Below are positions 1 to 11,100 of a stretch of 64,000 nt of DNA, one piece after another. The notes below the pieces were generated by a model. It saw only the letters and a program-made list of their open reading frames with translations, was not told the origin of the DNA and did not search any database. Both the position numbers and the translations under genes were made by a program. The DNA comes from a candidate division WOR-3 bacterium (GTDB lineage: Bacteria > Hydrothermota > Tepidihabitantia > Tepidihabitantales > Tepidihabitantaceae): contig CBFGJX010000002.1 in the NCBI GenBank assembly GCA_965649225.1, positions 114,477 to 178,476 on the forward strand, given 5' to 3'. Positions within the stretch are counted from its first letter, which is position 1. Each line of letters opens with the position of its first letter.

Positions 1-240
1 TCCCGCAACTATTCACTCGGCCACGCCATCGGCGCTGGAACGGCGCCCGAACGCGCTGTTGCCCGCCTTGCCGGTGTTGCCGAAGGAGCGGTTACCGCCG
101 GAACAATTATCAGGCAGGCAGCGCTCGCGACCATCGACCTGCCGATAACCCGGGAGGTCAATGAGATCCTGCAAGCCCGCTCGACACCGGCCGAAGCACT
201 AAACCGCCTCTTGAAGCGACCGCCGAAAAGGGAGGACTAG
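1..240 (+). CDS. gpsA: NAD(P)H-dependent glycerol-3-phosphate dehydrogenase, C-terminal part (runs off window start)
   Basis: Frame 1 translates to SRNYSLGHAIG...VAEGAVTA...IDLPITREV...LLKRPPKRED*, matching the GpsA C-terminal SRN/VAEG/LPI motifs; TAG at 238-240. Confidence 0.85.
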   Translation, partial: SRNYSLGHAIGAGTAPERAVARLAGVAEGAVTAGTIIRQAALATIDLPITREVNEILQARSTPAEALNRLLKRPPKRED

Positions 241-245
241 TTCAC

Positions 246-584
246 ATGTCCAAAGCCTATTTCACGGTAACCGAAACCTGTACCAACCTCGGAATCGAAC
301 CCCACGTACTCCGCTACTGGGAGAAGGAATTCGACATTCACCTCAAACGAAATTCAGCCGGACGCAGAATCATCTCATCCGAGCAACTCGCCCGGCTCCA
401 GCTCATCAAACATCTCCTGCACAAAGAGAAGTTAACCATCAAAGGCGCGAAGAAACGCCTGGCTCAGGCCACACCAAATGCCGGCTCTGAGGCGGCGTCG
501 GCTCTCAGCGAATCAGCGCGCCTGCAGATAAAGAAGGAACTGCTTGCCCTGAAAAGCCTGGTCCAACAGCTACCAGCCGTTTGA
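246..584 (+). CDS. MerR-family HTH transcriptional regulator
   Basis: YFTVTETC...HVLRYWEKEF...RNSAGRR is a MerR HTH; GGAGG SD upstream. Confidence 0.85.
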   Translation: MSKAYFTVTETCTNLGIEPHVLRYWEKEFDIHLKRNSAGRRIISSEQLARLQLIKHLLHKEKLTIKGAKKRLAQATPNAGSEAASALSESARLQIKKELLALKSLVQQLPAV

Positions 585-1142
585 CTAGCGACGGCGCAGC
601 GACAACAGAGGGTCGACCGGTTTCCCGGCCAGCCGCAATTCGAAGTGGAGTGTATCTCCGCTGACTCCGACAGCCTGCCCCTGCCGCAGTCTGTCGCCGA
701 CACTCACCGATATCTCCTGCAGCCGAGAATAGACGCTGTGAAGCCGTCCTGCATGCTCGACGATGACCGTATTGCCGTAACCCATGAATCGGTCGGCGAA
801 ACTCACGACACCACTGTCCACAGCAGACACCGGCTTGCCTCTTTGCGTCTTGATATCAATCCCGCGACTGACGGTGCGAGTGTTGTACTTGGATTCCAGT
901 CGCATTCCAAAGCTGCCGACAATTTCGCCTTCGACCGGCCACGGCAGCGTGCCAACTGGTTTTGCAGGAACAGCCGGTTTCCTCTCTATCGACACTGGCA
1001 CGGCCCGGCTTCGGCCACGCCGGTAGCGCGGACTCGCGGAGGTAAGCAGTGCACACCGGCTTGCAATACCTAGAACAACGAGGCTCACACAACCAAGGAA
1101 CAGTGTCCGCCACCGCTGACGCTGCCTCGAGATCTTTAGCAT
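585..1142 (-). CDS. M23-family peptidase-like protein (EnvC-like murein hydrolase activator)
   Basis: LPWPVEG, RGIDI, GYGNTVIVEH, LHFELR motifs; the Zn ligands look degenerate (SRGID, YSRL), as in EnvC; N-terminal hydrophobic anchor. Confidence 0.8.
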   Translation of the reverse strand: MLKISRQRQRWRTLFLGCVSLVVLGIASRCALLTSASPRYRRGRSRAVPVSIERKPAVPAKPVGTLPWPVEGEIVGSFGMRLESKYNTRTVSRGIDIKTQRGKPVSAVDSGVVSFADRFMGYGNTVIVEHAGRLHSVYSRLQEISVSVGDRLRQGQAVGVSGDTLHFELRLAGKPVDPLLSLRRR

Positions 1143-1248
1143 CGCTGTAACATCTCATACAGACACCATGGCACTGAGTCAAACCGGACCGGATCACTCC
1201 AGCATCGGATTCACACCCGTCGATCACCTGGAATCAACGCTACAGTCA

Positions 1249-1277
1249 TTGACAGCTAGCGCACAGACTCCTACTCT
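1249..1277 (+). promoter_or_regulatory. sigma70-type promoter of purM
   Basis: TTGACA (1249-1254), 17 nt, TACTCT (1272-1277). Confidence 0.65.
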
Positions 1278-1282
1278 TGCAC

Positions 1283-2281
1283 GTGCTGTATAAAGACGCC
1301 GGCGTTGATATCGATGCGATGGAAGCGGCCAAACGCCGAATCGCCCTGCTGGCTGCGGCAACCAGAACGAAAGGCGTACTTTCGGAAATCGGGCTTTTCG
1401 GTGCCCTCTACCAGCCGCCGTTGGGTCGAAACTCACTGCTCGTGGCCAGTTGCGACGGGGTCGGTACGAAACTCTTACTCGCACGAATGACCGGACGCTA
1501 CGACACTGTCGGACACGACATTGTCAACCACTGCGTCAACGACATCCTGACACTCGGTGCTCGACCCCTGTTCTTTCTCGATTACATCGCTCACTCCAAC
1601 CTCTCTCCGGACAGAATCGTCGTCGTCGTCTCCGGCATCAGCCGAGCCTGCCGGGCAAATCACTGCGCGCTGGTCGGGGGTGAAACGGCAATGATGCCCG
1701 GACTCTATCGACCAGGCGACTTCGATCTGGTCGGCTTTATTGTTGGAACCGTCTTGCGCCGTAATCTGCTCGAACCCGGCAGGCTCCGTCCCGGCGACGT
1801 CGCGGTTGGTCTCCCGTCATCCGGCCTCCACACCAACGGTTACTCTCTTGCCCGCCGAGTCCTCCTTGACGAGGCGAGGCTAAGTCTATCCGACCGCCCA
1901 CGCGGTTTGCGTACCACCCTGGGTGCCGCACTGCTTCGTCCGCATCGGTCTTATCTCAAGAGTGTGATGCCGGTCATGTCAAAGCTGAAGGCAATTGCTC
2001 ACATCACCGGCGGGGGTTTTTTTGACAACATTGAGCGTCTGTTGCCGCCCGAAACTGCCTGCATAATTGACACAACCGCCTGGCGTCCCCCGCCGCTGTT
2101 TCAGCTGATTCAGTCGCTGGGTTCAGTGCCCAGAGACGAAATGTACCGTACATTCAACATGGGTATCGGCATGGTATTGTTCGCCTCTCCTAGCCATGCA
2201 CCCCAGGTGCAAAAGATGATACCAGGCGCCAGACGAATCGGACGAATCGTGCGCGGTACCTTTGGCACCGCCTTGGTCTAG
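1283..2281 (+). CDS. purM: Phosphoribosylformylglycinamidine cyclo-ligase (AIR synthase)
   Basis: YKDAGVDI, DGVGTK, GGETA, SSGLHTNGYSL, HITGGG, TFNMGIG; GTG at 1283 preferred as start. Confidence 0.95.
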   Translation: MLYKDAGVDIDAMEAAKRRIALLAAATRTKGVLSEIGLFGALYQPPLGRNSLLVASCDGVGTKLLLARMTGRYDTVGHDIVNHCVNDILTLGARPLFFLDYIAHSNLSPDRIVVVVSGISRACRANHCALVGGETAMMPGLYRPGDFDLVGFIVGTVLRRNLLEPGRLRPGDVAVGLPSSGLHTNGYSLARRVLLDEARLSLSDRPRGLRTTLGAALLRPHRSYLKSVMPVMSKLKAIAHITGGGFFDNIERLLPPETACIIDTTAWRPPPLFQLIQSLGSVPRDEMYRTFNMGIGMVLFASPSHAPQVQKMIPGARRIGRIVRGTFGTALV

Positions 2282-3231
2282 CCGCGCGGGTGAAAGGTCC
2301 GATGCACCTCACGCAGGTACTCACGATCCACGCTGGTGTAGATTTGCGTGGTTGAAATCTGGCTGTGGCCAAGCATTTCCTGCACTGACCGCAGGTCAGC
2401 TCCACCTTCCAGCAAGTGGGTTGCAAAAGAATGGCGGAACGTATGGGCCGTTACTCGGCGTTCGATGCCGGCCGAGTGCACGATGCGACGGAGCAGCTTC
2501 TGAAATCCGGCCCTCGAAAGCCGGTTGCCACGCATGTTCAGAAAGAGATAAGGACTGACCCTGCCGCGGGCATAATGGGGCCTGGCCGACATCAGATAGT
2601 TCCGTACCGCTGCCACTGCCTCTCGTCCCATCGGCACGACGCGGTCCTTTCCCCTCTTGCCGGTCACCCTCAGAAATCCTTCGTCCAGCGCTACATCAGC
2701 AGTTCGCAGCCCCAGCAACTCTGAGACACGCAGACCGCAGCCATATGCCGTTTCGACCAAAGCAAGAGAACGTAGCGACCAGAAACGGTCTGTGGGGTCG
2801 ACGCAGGCAGAGATAAGCCGACTGATTTCGTCGTGCGACAGGACTACTGGCAGACGACGCCGGCGCCGTGGCGGGGTCAAGTCAATCAGAGGGTCGCCAG
2901 CGACAACACCTGTATCCATCAGGAATTTTGCAAACGTACGTAGCGCAGAAAGCTTGCGTGCGATCGAACTCGCCTTCAAATCCAGCTGTCCGAGCCGGAC
3001 GAGATAACGTTCGCCGGCGGGACGATCAAGCAAACCGGGATTAGCGGCAATTTCGGGCACGCTGACCAGGAACTGCCTGATGTCAGCAATGTAAGCCGAG
3101 ACCGATGAATGGTTCAGTCCCCGATCGGCCAGCAGCCACTTTTCAAACCGCCCCAGCAGCTCATCAGCAGCAGGCGGGAAGCGGTGCGAGGTCGTCACGA
3201 GAGACGACGGTGTCCCTAGCATATCGCTCAT
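2278..3231 (-). CDS. xerD: Site-specific tyrosine recombinase, XerD/XerC type
   Basis: GLRVSEL, GKRGKDR, HTFRHSFATHLLEGGADLRSVQEMLGH, TTQIY, FHPRG; start uncertain (3231, 3222 or 3198); overlaps the nadB 3' end. Confidence 0.85.
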   Translation of the reverse strand: MSDMLGTPSSLVTTSHRFPPAADELLGRFEKWLLADRGLNHSSVSAYIADIRQFLVSVPEIAANPGLLDRPAGERYLVRLGQLDLKASSIARKLSALRTFAKFLMDTGVVAGDPLIDLTPPRRRRRLPVVLSHDEISRLISACVDPTDRFWSLRSLALVETAYGCGLRVSELLGLRTADVALDEGFLRVTGKRGKDRVVPMGREAVAAVRNYLMSARPHYARGRVSPYLFLNMRGNRLSRAGFQKLLRRIVHSAGIERRVTAHTFRHSFATHLLEGGADLRSVQEMLGHSQISTTQIYTSVDREYLREVHRTFHPRG

Positions 3232-4768
3232 CAGGCTGGGGGTGATCCTTGTTGTAGTGCAAGCCGCGTGATTCGGGCCTGCGAAGTGCACTCAGCACTA
3301 TCAGCCGCGCGACCTCTACCAGATTGTATGTCTCCCAGAGCGGGACACTGAAGCCGGGGCGAATACTCGTCAGTTTCTCGGCCAATTCAGACAGAACAGC
3401 GAAAGCCTTGTTGAGTCCCTGGTCGCTGCGGACAATTCCCGCTTCATGCCACATCAACCACTGCAGGTCATCTCTGATCGCGCTTGCGGTTTCGCTTTCG
3501 GGGCTCCCGAAAGACAATATCGAAGACATGTCGACATCGGATTCGGCAATCGATTCCCCAAAATCTATCACCAGCTCCGCGGCGCGGTCGGAAAGGACCA
3601 ATGCCTCCAGCAGCGAATTCGAGGCAAGCCGGTTAGCGCCGTGAAGACCTGAACAAGCACACTCTCCGGCAGCCATCAGGCCAGGCACCGACGTGCGACC
3701 CCGATCGTCCGTAAGAACACCGCCACAAGAGTAGTGCGCTGCCGGAACAACCGGTATCGGTTGAGTTGTTGGGTCGATACCCAGTTCGCGACACTTCGCA
3801 ACAATGGTCGGGAAGCGTTCTTCCAGTCGTCGTCTTGGAATCCGGGTTGCGTCCAGCAAAACAAAATCCTCTCCCCGCTCCTTCATCTCAGTGGCGATGG
3901 CACGGGCGACGATGTCTCTCCGGGCAAGTGAGCCGGCAGGATCGTAGCGCTCCATGAACTCAGCGCCGTCCTGCGTGCGAAGTACAGCCCCTTCCCCCCT
4001 TACGGCTTCCGAAATCAGGAACACCCGGTCGCCATCACGGCTGCCATACAACGATGTCGGATGAAACTGAACAAACTCCATGTTGGCAATCCGCGCACCA
4101 GCTCGAAATCCCATCGCCACGCCATCACCGGTTGCAATCTGCGGATTGGTCGTGTGTCGGTAGACTTGCCCCAAACCGCCGGTCGCGAGCATGGTGACCC
4201 GCGCCTGGACCGACAGACTACGACCAGTGCCAGTTTCGAGCAAAAACGCACCAAGACAACGACCATTATCACCCAACAGCAACCGCAGCGCGAGATGGTT
4301 CTCAAGCAGGGTCACGCGCCGGTTCGTCCGCACCGTCCTCAAGAGGCCGCGTTCGATCTCCAATCCCGTGTGGTCGCGGGCACGAACGATCCGACGACAG
4401 CGATGCCCGCCCTCCCGTCCAAGGTCAAACTGTATCCTTCCGTCGGAGTCGACATACGTATTGAACGAAATGCCCAGGTCGTAAAGCTCACGCAGCAGTC
4501 GCGGGCCCGACTCTGTAACTATCCTGACAACATCGGGATGGGCAAGGCCCGCACCTGCCGCAATCGTATCCTGAAAGTGATACTCCGGACTGTCTTCGGC
4601 GCTCATCGCCGCCGCTATGCCACCCTGAGCGTAATTGGTGTTCGACTCGCTATCGCCTTTCTTGGTTACCAGCAGGACAGTTCTACCAGCGCTAGCAACC
4701 CGATAGGCGAACCACAACCCCGCCATGCCCGACCCCACAACCAGGCAGTCGGTCCGGGTTGTCAACAT
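3164..4768 (-). CDS. nadB: L-aspartate oxidase
   Basis: VVGSGMAG, YAQGGIAA, REGGH, EFVQFHPT, LISEAVRGEGA, HGANRLASNSLLE, ESRGLHY; ATG at 4768 preferred as start. Confidence 0.95.
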   Translation of the reverse strand: MLTTRTDCLVVGSGMAGLWFAYRVASAGRTVLLVTKKGDSESNTNYAQGGIAAAMSAEDSPEYHFQDTIAAGAGLAHPDVVRIVTESGPRLLRELYDLGISFNTYVDSDGRIQFDLGREGGHRCRRIVRARDHTGLEIERGLLRTVRTNRRVTLLENHLALRLLLGDNGRCLGAFLLETGTGRSLSVQARVTMLATGGLGQVYRHTTNPQIATGDGVAMGFRAGARIANMEFVQFHPTSLYGSRDGDRVFLISEAVRGEGAVLRTQDGAEFMERYDPAGSLARRDIVARAIATEMKERGEDFVLLDATRIPRRRLEERFPTIVAKCRELGIDPTTQPIPVVPAAHYSCGGVLTDDRGRTSVPGLMAAGECACSGLHGANRLASNSLLEALVLSDRAAELVIDFGESIAESDVDMSSILSFGSPESETASAIRDDLQWLMWHEAGIVRSDQGLNKAFAVLSELAEKLTSIRPGFSVPLWETYNLVEVARLIVLSALRRPESRGLHYNKDHPQPDERYARDTVVSRDDLAPLPACC

Positions 4769-4790
4769 CGGTTTGAGGGGTGAATCTCGG

Positions 4791-5444
4791 CTAGATACCC
4801 AAGGTGAGTCCAAGCCCCAAGCGATCGTCCGGGGTGTCGATCCGCAAACGGCTCTGGCGATTCCGTGAAGCCAGCAGTGCACAGTCAATTACCGCAACAA
4901 CCCGATTCAACAGCAAACCGCCGGTAGCGAACTGCGCCTGCAGACCAGCGCGTCGAGCCTGCTTTCGCAACTGGTAGTAGTTCACCCGCGCACTGTCTGA
5001 GGACCAGTCCCAGACTCGATCGCCAAAGACCCCGTTCGCCAGAAAATAGTCGTGCTGGCGTTGCGGGTCATCAGGATAACGGGAACGGGCTTCACGCCTG
5101 ACATCTTCGTTGTACTGGTCCGAGTTGTCGTAGCGTTCCAAGGCACGCCAGTAGGCCTGGCCCGAAGCTGGCGTCCGCACTCCGGCATCACGGCGTGCCA
5201 TCAACACGGCATCCCGCTCTCGCTCGGTGCGTGCCCATACAGAACTTCCGTAGAAAGCCAACATACCTGCATCGACCCACAACATTGCTTCGCCGCGGCC
5301 GCGTGCGCCGAGTATGATCTGCCCAGAACCAGGGACTGCCGCCGAGGCAACGATGGCCACCTTGCGGCTGGCTGCTCCGCCTGTTAGCAATCCGCATCCG
5401 ATCAAAGCAACCATCCTGACTAGTCTCACAACACTGACCTCCAT
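4791..5444 (-). CDS. Hypothetical exported/membrane protein
   Basis: ATG overlaps the upstream stop (TGATG); signal-like N-terminus; SAAVPGSGQ motif; C-terminal LGLGLTLGI beta-strand-like end. Confidence 0.6.
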   Translation of the reverse strand: MEVSVVRLVRMVALIGCGLLTGGAASRKVAIVASAAVPGSGQIILGARGRGEAMLWVDAGMLAFYGSSVWARTERERDAVLMARRDAGVRTPASGQAYWRALERYDNSDQYNEDVRREARSRYPDDPQRQHDYFLANGVFGDRVWDWSSDSARVNYYQLRKQARRAGLQAQFATGGLLLNRVVAVIDCALLASRNRQSRLRIDTPDDRLGLGLTLGI

Positions 5445-8152
5445 CACCTGACAATCAGCTTGCTTACCAGCCGGCCGGAACCCCGGGTGGCGACCACGAA
5501 GTACGTGCCCGGGATCGAAGGAGCATAAAGGTCCGCGTTTGCTTGTGCAACGCAACGACCCGCTGTGTCATAAATCCTGGATGACGATCCAGCTGGTCGG
5601 TGGACCAACCGCTCACCACATCTGACCAGGGTGGCTGGCGGGTGCTGCTTATGAACAAATCCACTAAACGGAGAACCAAGACCCACGACCTCCCAATCTG
5701 TCACCTTGGCGTAGATGTCAAAACCTCTGCGTCGGCGGTTATCAGTCCATGTGAACGTAAGCTCTGTACGGCTCGCCGCTACACTCTGTCCGATTGTCCA
5801 ATGGTGATTGTGAGGAAAGACTGGGTCGTCACTCACCTGTCGATTGCCCCCAATCGGTGTTCCGTCAATACGGTAACGCTGGCAGTATATCTCGGGCGAA
5901 CCCGGGGTGCGTCGCTCATCGTTGAATACGACGACCAACCTGCCTTCATCGTCGAAATCAACTGATGCCGAATAACAGTCAAAGTTGCCACTTCGGTCGT
6001 CAACACGAACTACGGGACCGAGCGGGCTGCCGACCGAATCAAGCATCTGCAGATTCACCCCGTACCAGCCATCACTGCGCAACTGCTCCCAGACAATCGC
6101 AATTCTACCGTCTTCGGCAACGGCACACGCCGGGTAACCATTGTAACGACCACCATCATCGCTGACACGCCGGTTAGCTCCGATCGGGTTGCCATCAGCC
6201 GAGTACAACTGGCAATAAATCTCAGGGTTCCCGCTGCGATAATCCATCCACGTAACAGCGCAGCGCCCCGACATGTTCACTGCTACGGAGCCGTAGACAC
6301 CCTGGACAGTCGAATCGTCAACAACCGGCACGTCATCGCCGATCGGACTGCCGTTCCTGTCAAACCGACGACGAAAAATCTGATATACCCCACGTCTGGT
6401 ATCCATCCAGCAGACAACCGCTCGATCAAGAGTGTCCATCGCAACAAAAGGGTACCACTGCGAGGCACCGGGAAAATCGGCATTGACCATAAAATTGCCA
6501 CCCACGGGCCGACCAGACGCATCGACGATCTGAGCATAAACGTGCCAGCCATTTCGGCCATCGGACCAGGCAACAAAAAACCTGTCCTGTCCACCAGCAA
6601 CCGCTGCGTAGTACTGAGCCGCGTTTGGATCACTGTCGTCGTTGAGCTTACGATTCTGTCCGGAGGGTGAACCGTTGCTGCCAATCAGCTGCCCGTAGAG
6701 GTCTGTGACTCCTGACCGTTCGTCCTCCCAAGCAACGAACCTGACCCCGCCGGCATTCAAACCGATTGACGAAATGCGCTGCTGAGAACTGGCAGCGTCA
6801 TCATTGATCCTGGTTTCGTTCCCAATCAGTACGCCAGCCCGGGAAACCCGTCGACCGAGAATATCAGTGTTCCCTTCCCGGGCGTCTGACCAGACGACCC
6901 ACCAGCCACCGTCGGGCAGAGCAACAACAGCCGGCTGGTTGCACTTCGCCAAGACGCCGGCTTCGCTGCTAACGCGAAAAGACGAGCCAATCGGCACACC
7001 GCTGCTATCCAGCCTGCGAGCGTAAATGTCTTGCCCACCAGAACGTTGGTCCACCCAGACAACGAGGAACTCGCTGTAGCCGTTTGCAGAAACTGCCGGC
7101 GCATATTGACTACTGCTGCCCACGTCATCATTTACTAGGAAATTGCCGCCAATGGGCGTACCATCAGCACCGTACAGCTGGCCAAAAACATCCCACTGAC
7201 CCCGCCGTCTGTCCTCCCAAGCGACCGCAAAGGTACCGGCCGGGGCACAAGCGACCCGCGGAGCCCACTGAATGCTATCATCCGCTGTAACCTGAATGTT
7301 CGTTCCGCGTCGACTTCGGTCCGAATTGAAAAGCTGCACAAAGACATTCCAATCGCTGGGATTTCTGCCCCGGCCATCCATCCACGCCACTACAAAGCGC
7401 CCTCCGCTGTCACCGGCAACATCGGGCTGGTACTGGTTTGCCATTCCAACCGGGTCGTCATTGACACGGAAATTCGTGTCGAGTTTTCTCCCCTCGTTGT
7501 CGAGAAACTGGGCAAATATGTCTCCCGTGAGTCCGAAGCGCCGGTCATCCCAAGCAACAAGCCCCACCCCCGTCTGTGCAATCCAGCAGCCCGACTCAAT
7601 CTGATCACCGGGAACCCCGGAATCGCTGACCCGGAAGTTGCCTCCCAGGGGCACACCGGCATTGAGGAATTGCCCGAATAAATCTCCGTTGCCTATCTCC
7701 CTGCGGTCGTGCCAGACGATCAATGAACGGGCCCCGGCTGCACAACAGGCTGGTTCGCCCTGCCAGCCCAGACCGGCATCATCGTTCGCCCGTCGGTTAG
7801 GCCCGAGTGCCCTGCCATTCTGGTCCAGCAACGCATACCAGACGTCAGCATCTCCCTCCCTGAAATCGTACCAGGCGACCAGCAGGTTTCCGTCATTGTC
7901 AACTGCGATAGTCGGGTCAGCATTGGAACACCCACCGGAGGTATCGTCGTTCACTGGGTAGTCGGGTCTGATAACGCTATCCGTGGAGCTTCTCACCACC
8001 GCAACACCTGGACACGGACGTCGCCTGAACTCGCATCCACGGGGCATCGGCCGCAGTTCGCCGCAGCTGCGCAAACACGCCAGTCGAGCAACCGAGGTAT
8101 CGGGAGCACCGGCCACCAGACAAAACAATACGAACGCTAGGAGCGAATTCAT
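5444..8152 (-). CDS. Secreted beta-propeller-like repeat protein with short T9SS-like C-terminal domain
   Basis: Signal peptide; more than a dozen ~55-aa repeats (VAWxDxRxGxxDIYxQxxxxxGxxxGxNFxVND); ends IYDTAGRCV...PGTYFV...KLIVR. Confidence 0.8.
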   Translation of the reverse strand: MNSLLAFVLFCLVAGAPDTSVARLACLRSCGELRPMPRGCEFRRRPCPGVAVVRSSTDSVIRPDYPVNDDTSGGCSNADPTIAVDNDGNLLVAWYDFREGDADVWYALLDQNGRALGPNRRANDDAGLGWQGEPACCAAGARSLIVWHDRREIGNGDLFGQFLNAGVPLGGNFRVSDSGVPGDQIESGCWIAQTGVGLVAWDDRRFGLTGDIFAQFLDNEGRKLDTNFRVNDDPVGMANQYQPDVAGDSGGRFVVAWMDGRGRNPSDWNVFVQLFNSDRSRRGTNIQVTADDSIQWAPRVACAPAGTFAVAWEDRRRGQWDVFGQLYGADGTPIGGNFLVNDDVGSSSQYAPAVSANGYSEFLVVWVDQRSGGQDIYARRLDSSGVPIGSSFRVSSEAGVLAKCNQPAVVALPDGGWWVVWSDAREGNTDILGRRVSRAGVLIGNETRINDDAASSQQRISSIGLNAGGVRFVAWEDERSGVTDLYGQLIGSNGSPSGQNRKLNDDSDPNAAQYYAAVAGGQDRFFVAWSDGRNGWHVYAQIVDASGRPVGGNFMVNADFPGASQWYPFVAMDTLDRAVVCWMDTRRGVYQIFRRRFDRNGSPIGDDVPVVDDSTVQGVYGSVAVNMSGRCAVTWMDYRSGNPEIYCQLYSADGNPIGANRRVSDDGGRYNGYPACAVAEDGRIAIVWEQLRSDGWYGVNLQMLDSVGSPLGPVVRVDDRSGNFDCYSASVDFDDEGRLVVVFNDERRTPGSPEIYCQRYRIDGTPIGGNRQVSDDPVFPHNHHWTIGQSVAASRTELTFTWTDNRRRRGFDIYAKVTDWEVVGLGSPFSGFVHKQHPPATLVRCGERLVHRPAGSSSRIYDTAGRCVAQANADLYAPSIPGTYFVVATRGSGRLVSKLIVR

Positions 8153-11100
8153 CGCGAGACGGCCAGCTTCGCGAACTTGACCTCGCGTCGGTCGTTGGCG
8201 GACACAGTCAACCTCAACACATAAAGTCCCGGCGGAATTGCACTGAGGGCGATGGCAGTCTCGTTCTCGAGCCCCGGCTCTGCACCAGACTGTATAGAGC
8301 TGACGACAGCCTCGCCAGCTAGGTTCAGGATTTCGAGCGTAGCGGTAACTGATGTACTGCCGAGTCGATAGCGTGCATACGCAACCCGTTCCGCTGGATT
8401 CGGATAGACATAGAAAGAGCTTACCAGCTCTGCCGTCGGTGCCGGCGGCCCAGGCAGGTCACTTTGCCGCAAAAGACCGGTATGGCAGGGGTCGCGGTAC
8501 GCACCAGACCACCGGACACCGGTCGACGGACCAGGCAGGTCCCACACATAGAAATCGCCCGATTCAGTGCCGGCCACAACCTCGACGTCGCCGTCACTGT
8601 CCAGGTCAGCAACAAGCGGCACAGCATTTACAGCAGCGGAAGTCATCAACGGGAACCACTCCAGCCGACGCCCTGTACGCGAGTCTATGGCGATGACCCC
8701 ATACTGCGGGGAACCAACCACAAGCTCAACGGTACCGTTCCCATCCAAATCAGCCAGCACGGGTGAGGACAAAAACACGAACGGAACCTCATAGCTGATT
8801 ATCCAGTTGCCGGCCAGCTCTTGAACTGTGTATGTCGAATCCTGACGTTTCGGGTAACCGCTAACTACGCAGCCATTGCTGTTGAACGCCAACAGCTGAT
8901 TACCGGCGGCACAAACAAGGTCAAGGAATCCATCGCCGTCAACGTCTGCCGCCGCTGGAGTTCCGTTGAATGGATGAGGGATGACTTCACGTGAGCGACT
9001 CAACAGCCGCCCGTCAAGCGACAGCAGATTGACAAGATAATCATAACTGCCGGCACCAATCACCGCAATTTGTCTGCCGCCATCACGCCTGAAGTCACCC
9101 ACCAGCGGCTGAGCAACCGCATAGAACGGACTGACACCAAGTGCCACCGGATACCCGTCGGCAATGCTACCGTCCGGGTTAACAAGGAAGACACGGCTGT
9201 CACCAGTTACGACTACAATTCTGCCACAAGTCGTATCAGTAACCGCCACGGGAGCCCGGACCTCCGTTCCCAGGCTCACTGGAAAACCGGCCACCGGCTG
9301 CCCGTTGCCGTGCCAGGCGTACAACCGCATGTCGGTAGAGCCGACGATAATCTCGCGTGCACCGTCGCCGTCGATGTCAGCCAGTACCGGAGCCGAAAGA
9401 ATTCGGTCGCCGGTCGCCATCACACTCAAGGCTGCACCACCAGTGTCAGGGTATACTCGAACACGTCCAAGCTTGTTAACCACTACTATCTCGGGGCGCG
9501 TATCGCCATTCACGTCTCCAACTGCCGGCGGCGACGCCGTCGCACCAGTGACCGCCCCGGGCCATCGTGGTGAATAGGGACGACCATCAGCACGCCAGAC
9601 GTAGACTCTGCCGGTGGTATCGGCGACCACGATCTCAAGACTATCGTTACCGTCAAGGTCAACGGCGCATGCCGAAAGGAAAGGAGCCGCGGCACCATCC
9701 TTCGGAAAACCCGGCTGGTAGAAATCCCAACCAACCCTGACTGTTATCACCGTATCCTTCAGGCGCCCGGTTGTATCCTGTTGCGCCAGAATAGCGACAT
9801 GCAACTGCGTCTTGCCCGTGTACCCATCAGTGTTGGGATTGGTACTACCAGTGAATGCCGCGTTATAACCGTTCCTGCAAAACGCATCAAACTTGTATCC
9901 GTAGATCTCGTACTCGTAGTCGCGTCCTGACCAGTAAGGGACATCGAAATCCTGAACGCCGTCAGCCTCTTCTAGGTCAACCCCCTTGCGCTCCGGGAAG
10001 ATATTGATTGCGTTATAAGGTCCGTAGTCACCGATGATTCGTCGATCGCAGTGCCAGACCAGCAGACCCGAACCCGGCTGAAAAAAATCATACTCGTTAC
10101 CAGCAACAGCAACAACTACACCGTCCTCAACATCGACATCAATGGTGTCCGGACCGATTACGTCAACCTGACGATTCTCTATCAGAAAATACTCATCGGC
10201 GTTGATCGGTATCCGTAACACCGTTGGCATCGCTGTATCTGAGCGGATGCCAAAAGCGGTAGAATCCATCTGTGCGGCGTAGACTGGCACACTGTCGCGA
10301 GGCGTAACGATGTCAAGGGGCGTTACAAATCCCAGATGAACGCGGTGAAAAGCATCCAGAAAGCCCGGCAAGACTCCGGGTGGCGCACCCGCAGCGTAAT
10401 CGCCCAGCCACCCACCGTAGCCCATCAAACTCCACCCCCCTACCCCCATGGTCACCCCGGTCACGTCGTAGAGGTCGTAGGCTCCCAACAGGTGCGCAAA
10501 CTCGTGTGCGAGGGTACCGGCAAGTCCGACCATACCCAGCAGGTTGGTCTGTCCATTGTACATGGTATCCTGCCGCATCATCTCAGGAAGCACGGTCGCC
10601 TGCTCGATGCGAGTCCTGCCGGAGTCAACCAGTATCCAGGGTTCGCCTAAATAGGCTTGAATTGCACCGGCCGGGATTTCCCCCGCCATCAGGTCGAAAG
10701 GACTGTTTCGGGCCAGGCCGAAATCCGACTGCAGACCGGAGCCAGCATGGAAAATGATGAACTCATCGTAGTCAGCAAATCGCACCGCCGGGTCGTCATC
10801 AGCAACCTTGAAGGCATCACGCATCAAACGAACGAGACCGAGCTCGATTGCCTCGTACGATGTCGTATCTCCGTAGAAGACCATATCACGAGGAAGTTGA
10901 TAGCAATCCTTCTCTCCCTCGGGCATAACGGTGAAATCGATGTAAAGCCGTCCGAGAGATTGCGCCAAATAATAGTTGCGCAACCCCTCCATCTGACGTT
11001 CAAAATAACGTTTGAAGTGCGGCGGGTCGTAGAACAGGCCGGAATCCGGCGCCAGAAATCCGAACGTGTCCATTTTGCCGTTACCGGTTGTCAGTGGGGT

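Noticed and set aside
2278..3231. Integrase of a mobile element
   Set aside because: Typical chromosomal Xer sequence between purM and nadB; no att repeats or cargo seen
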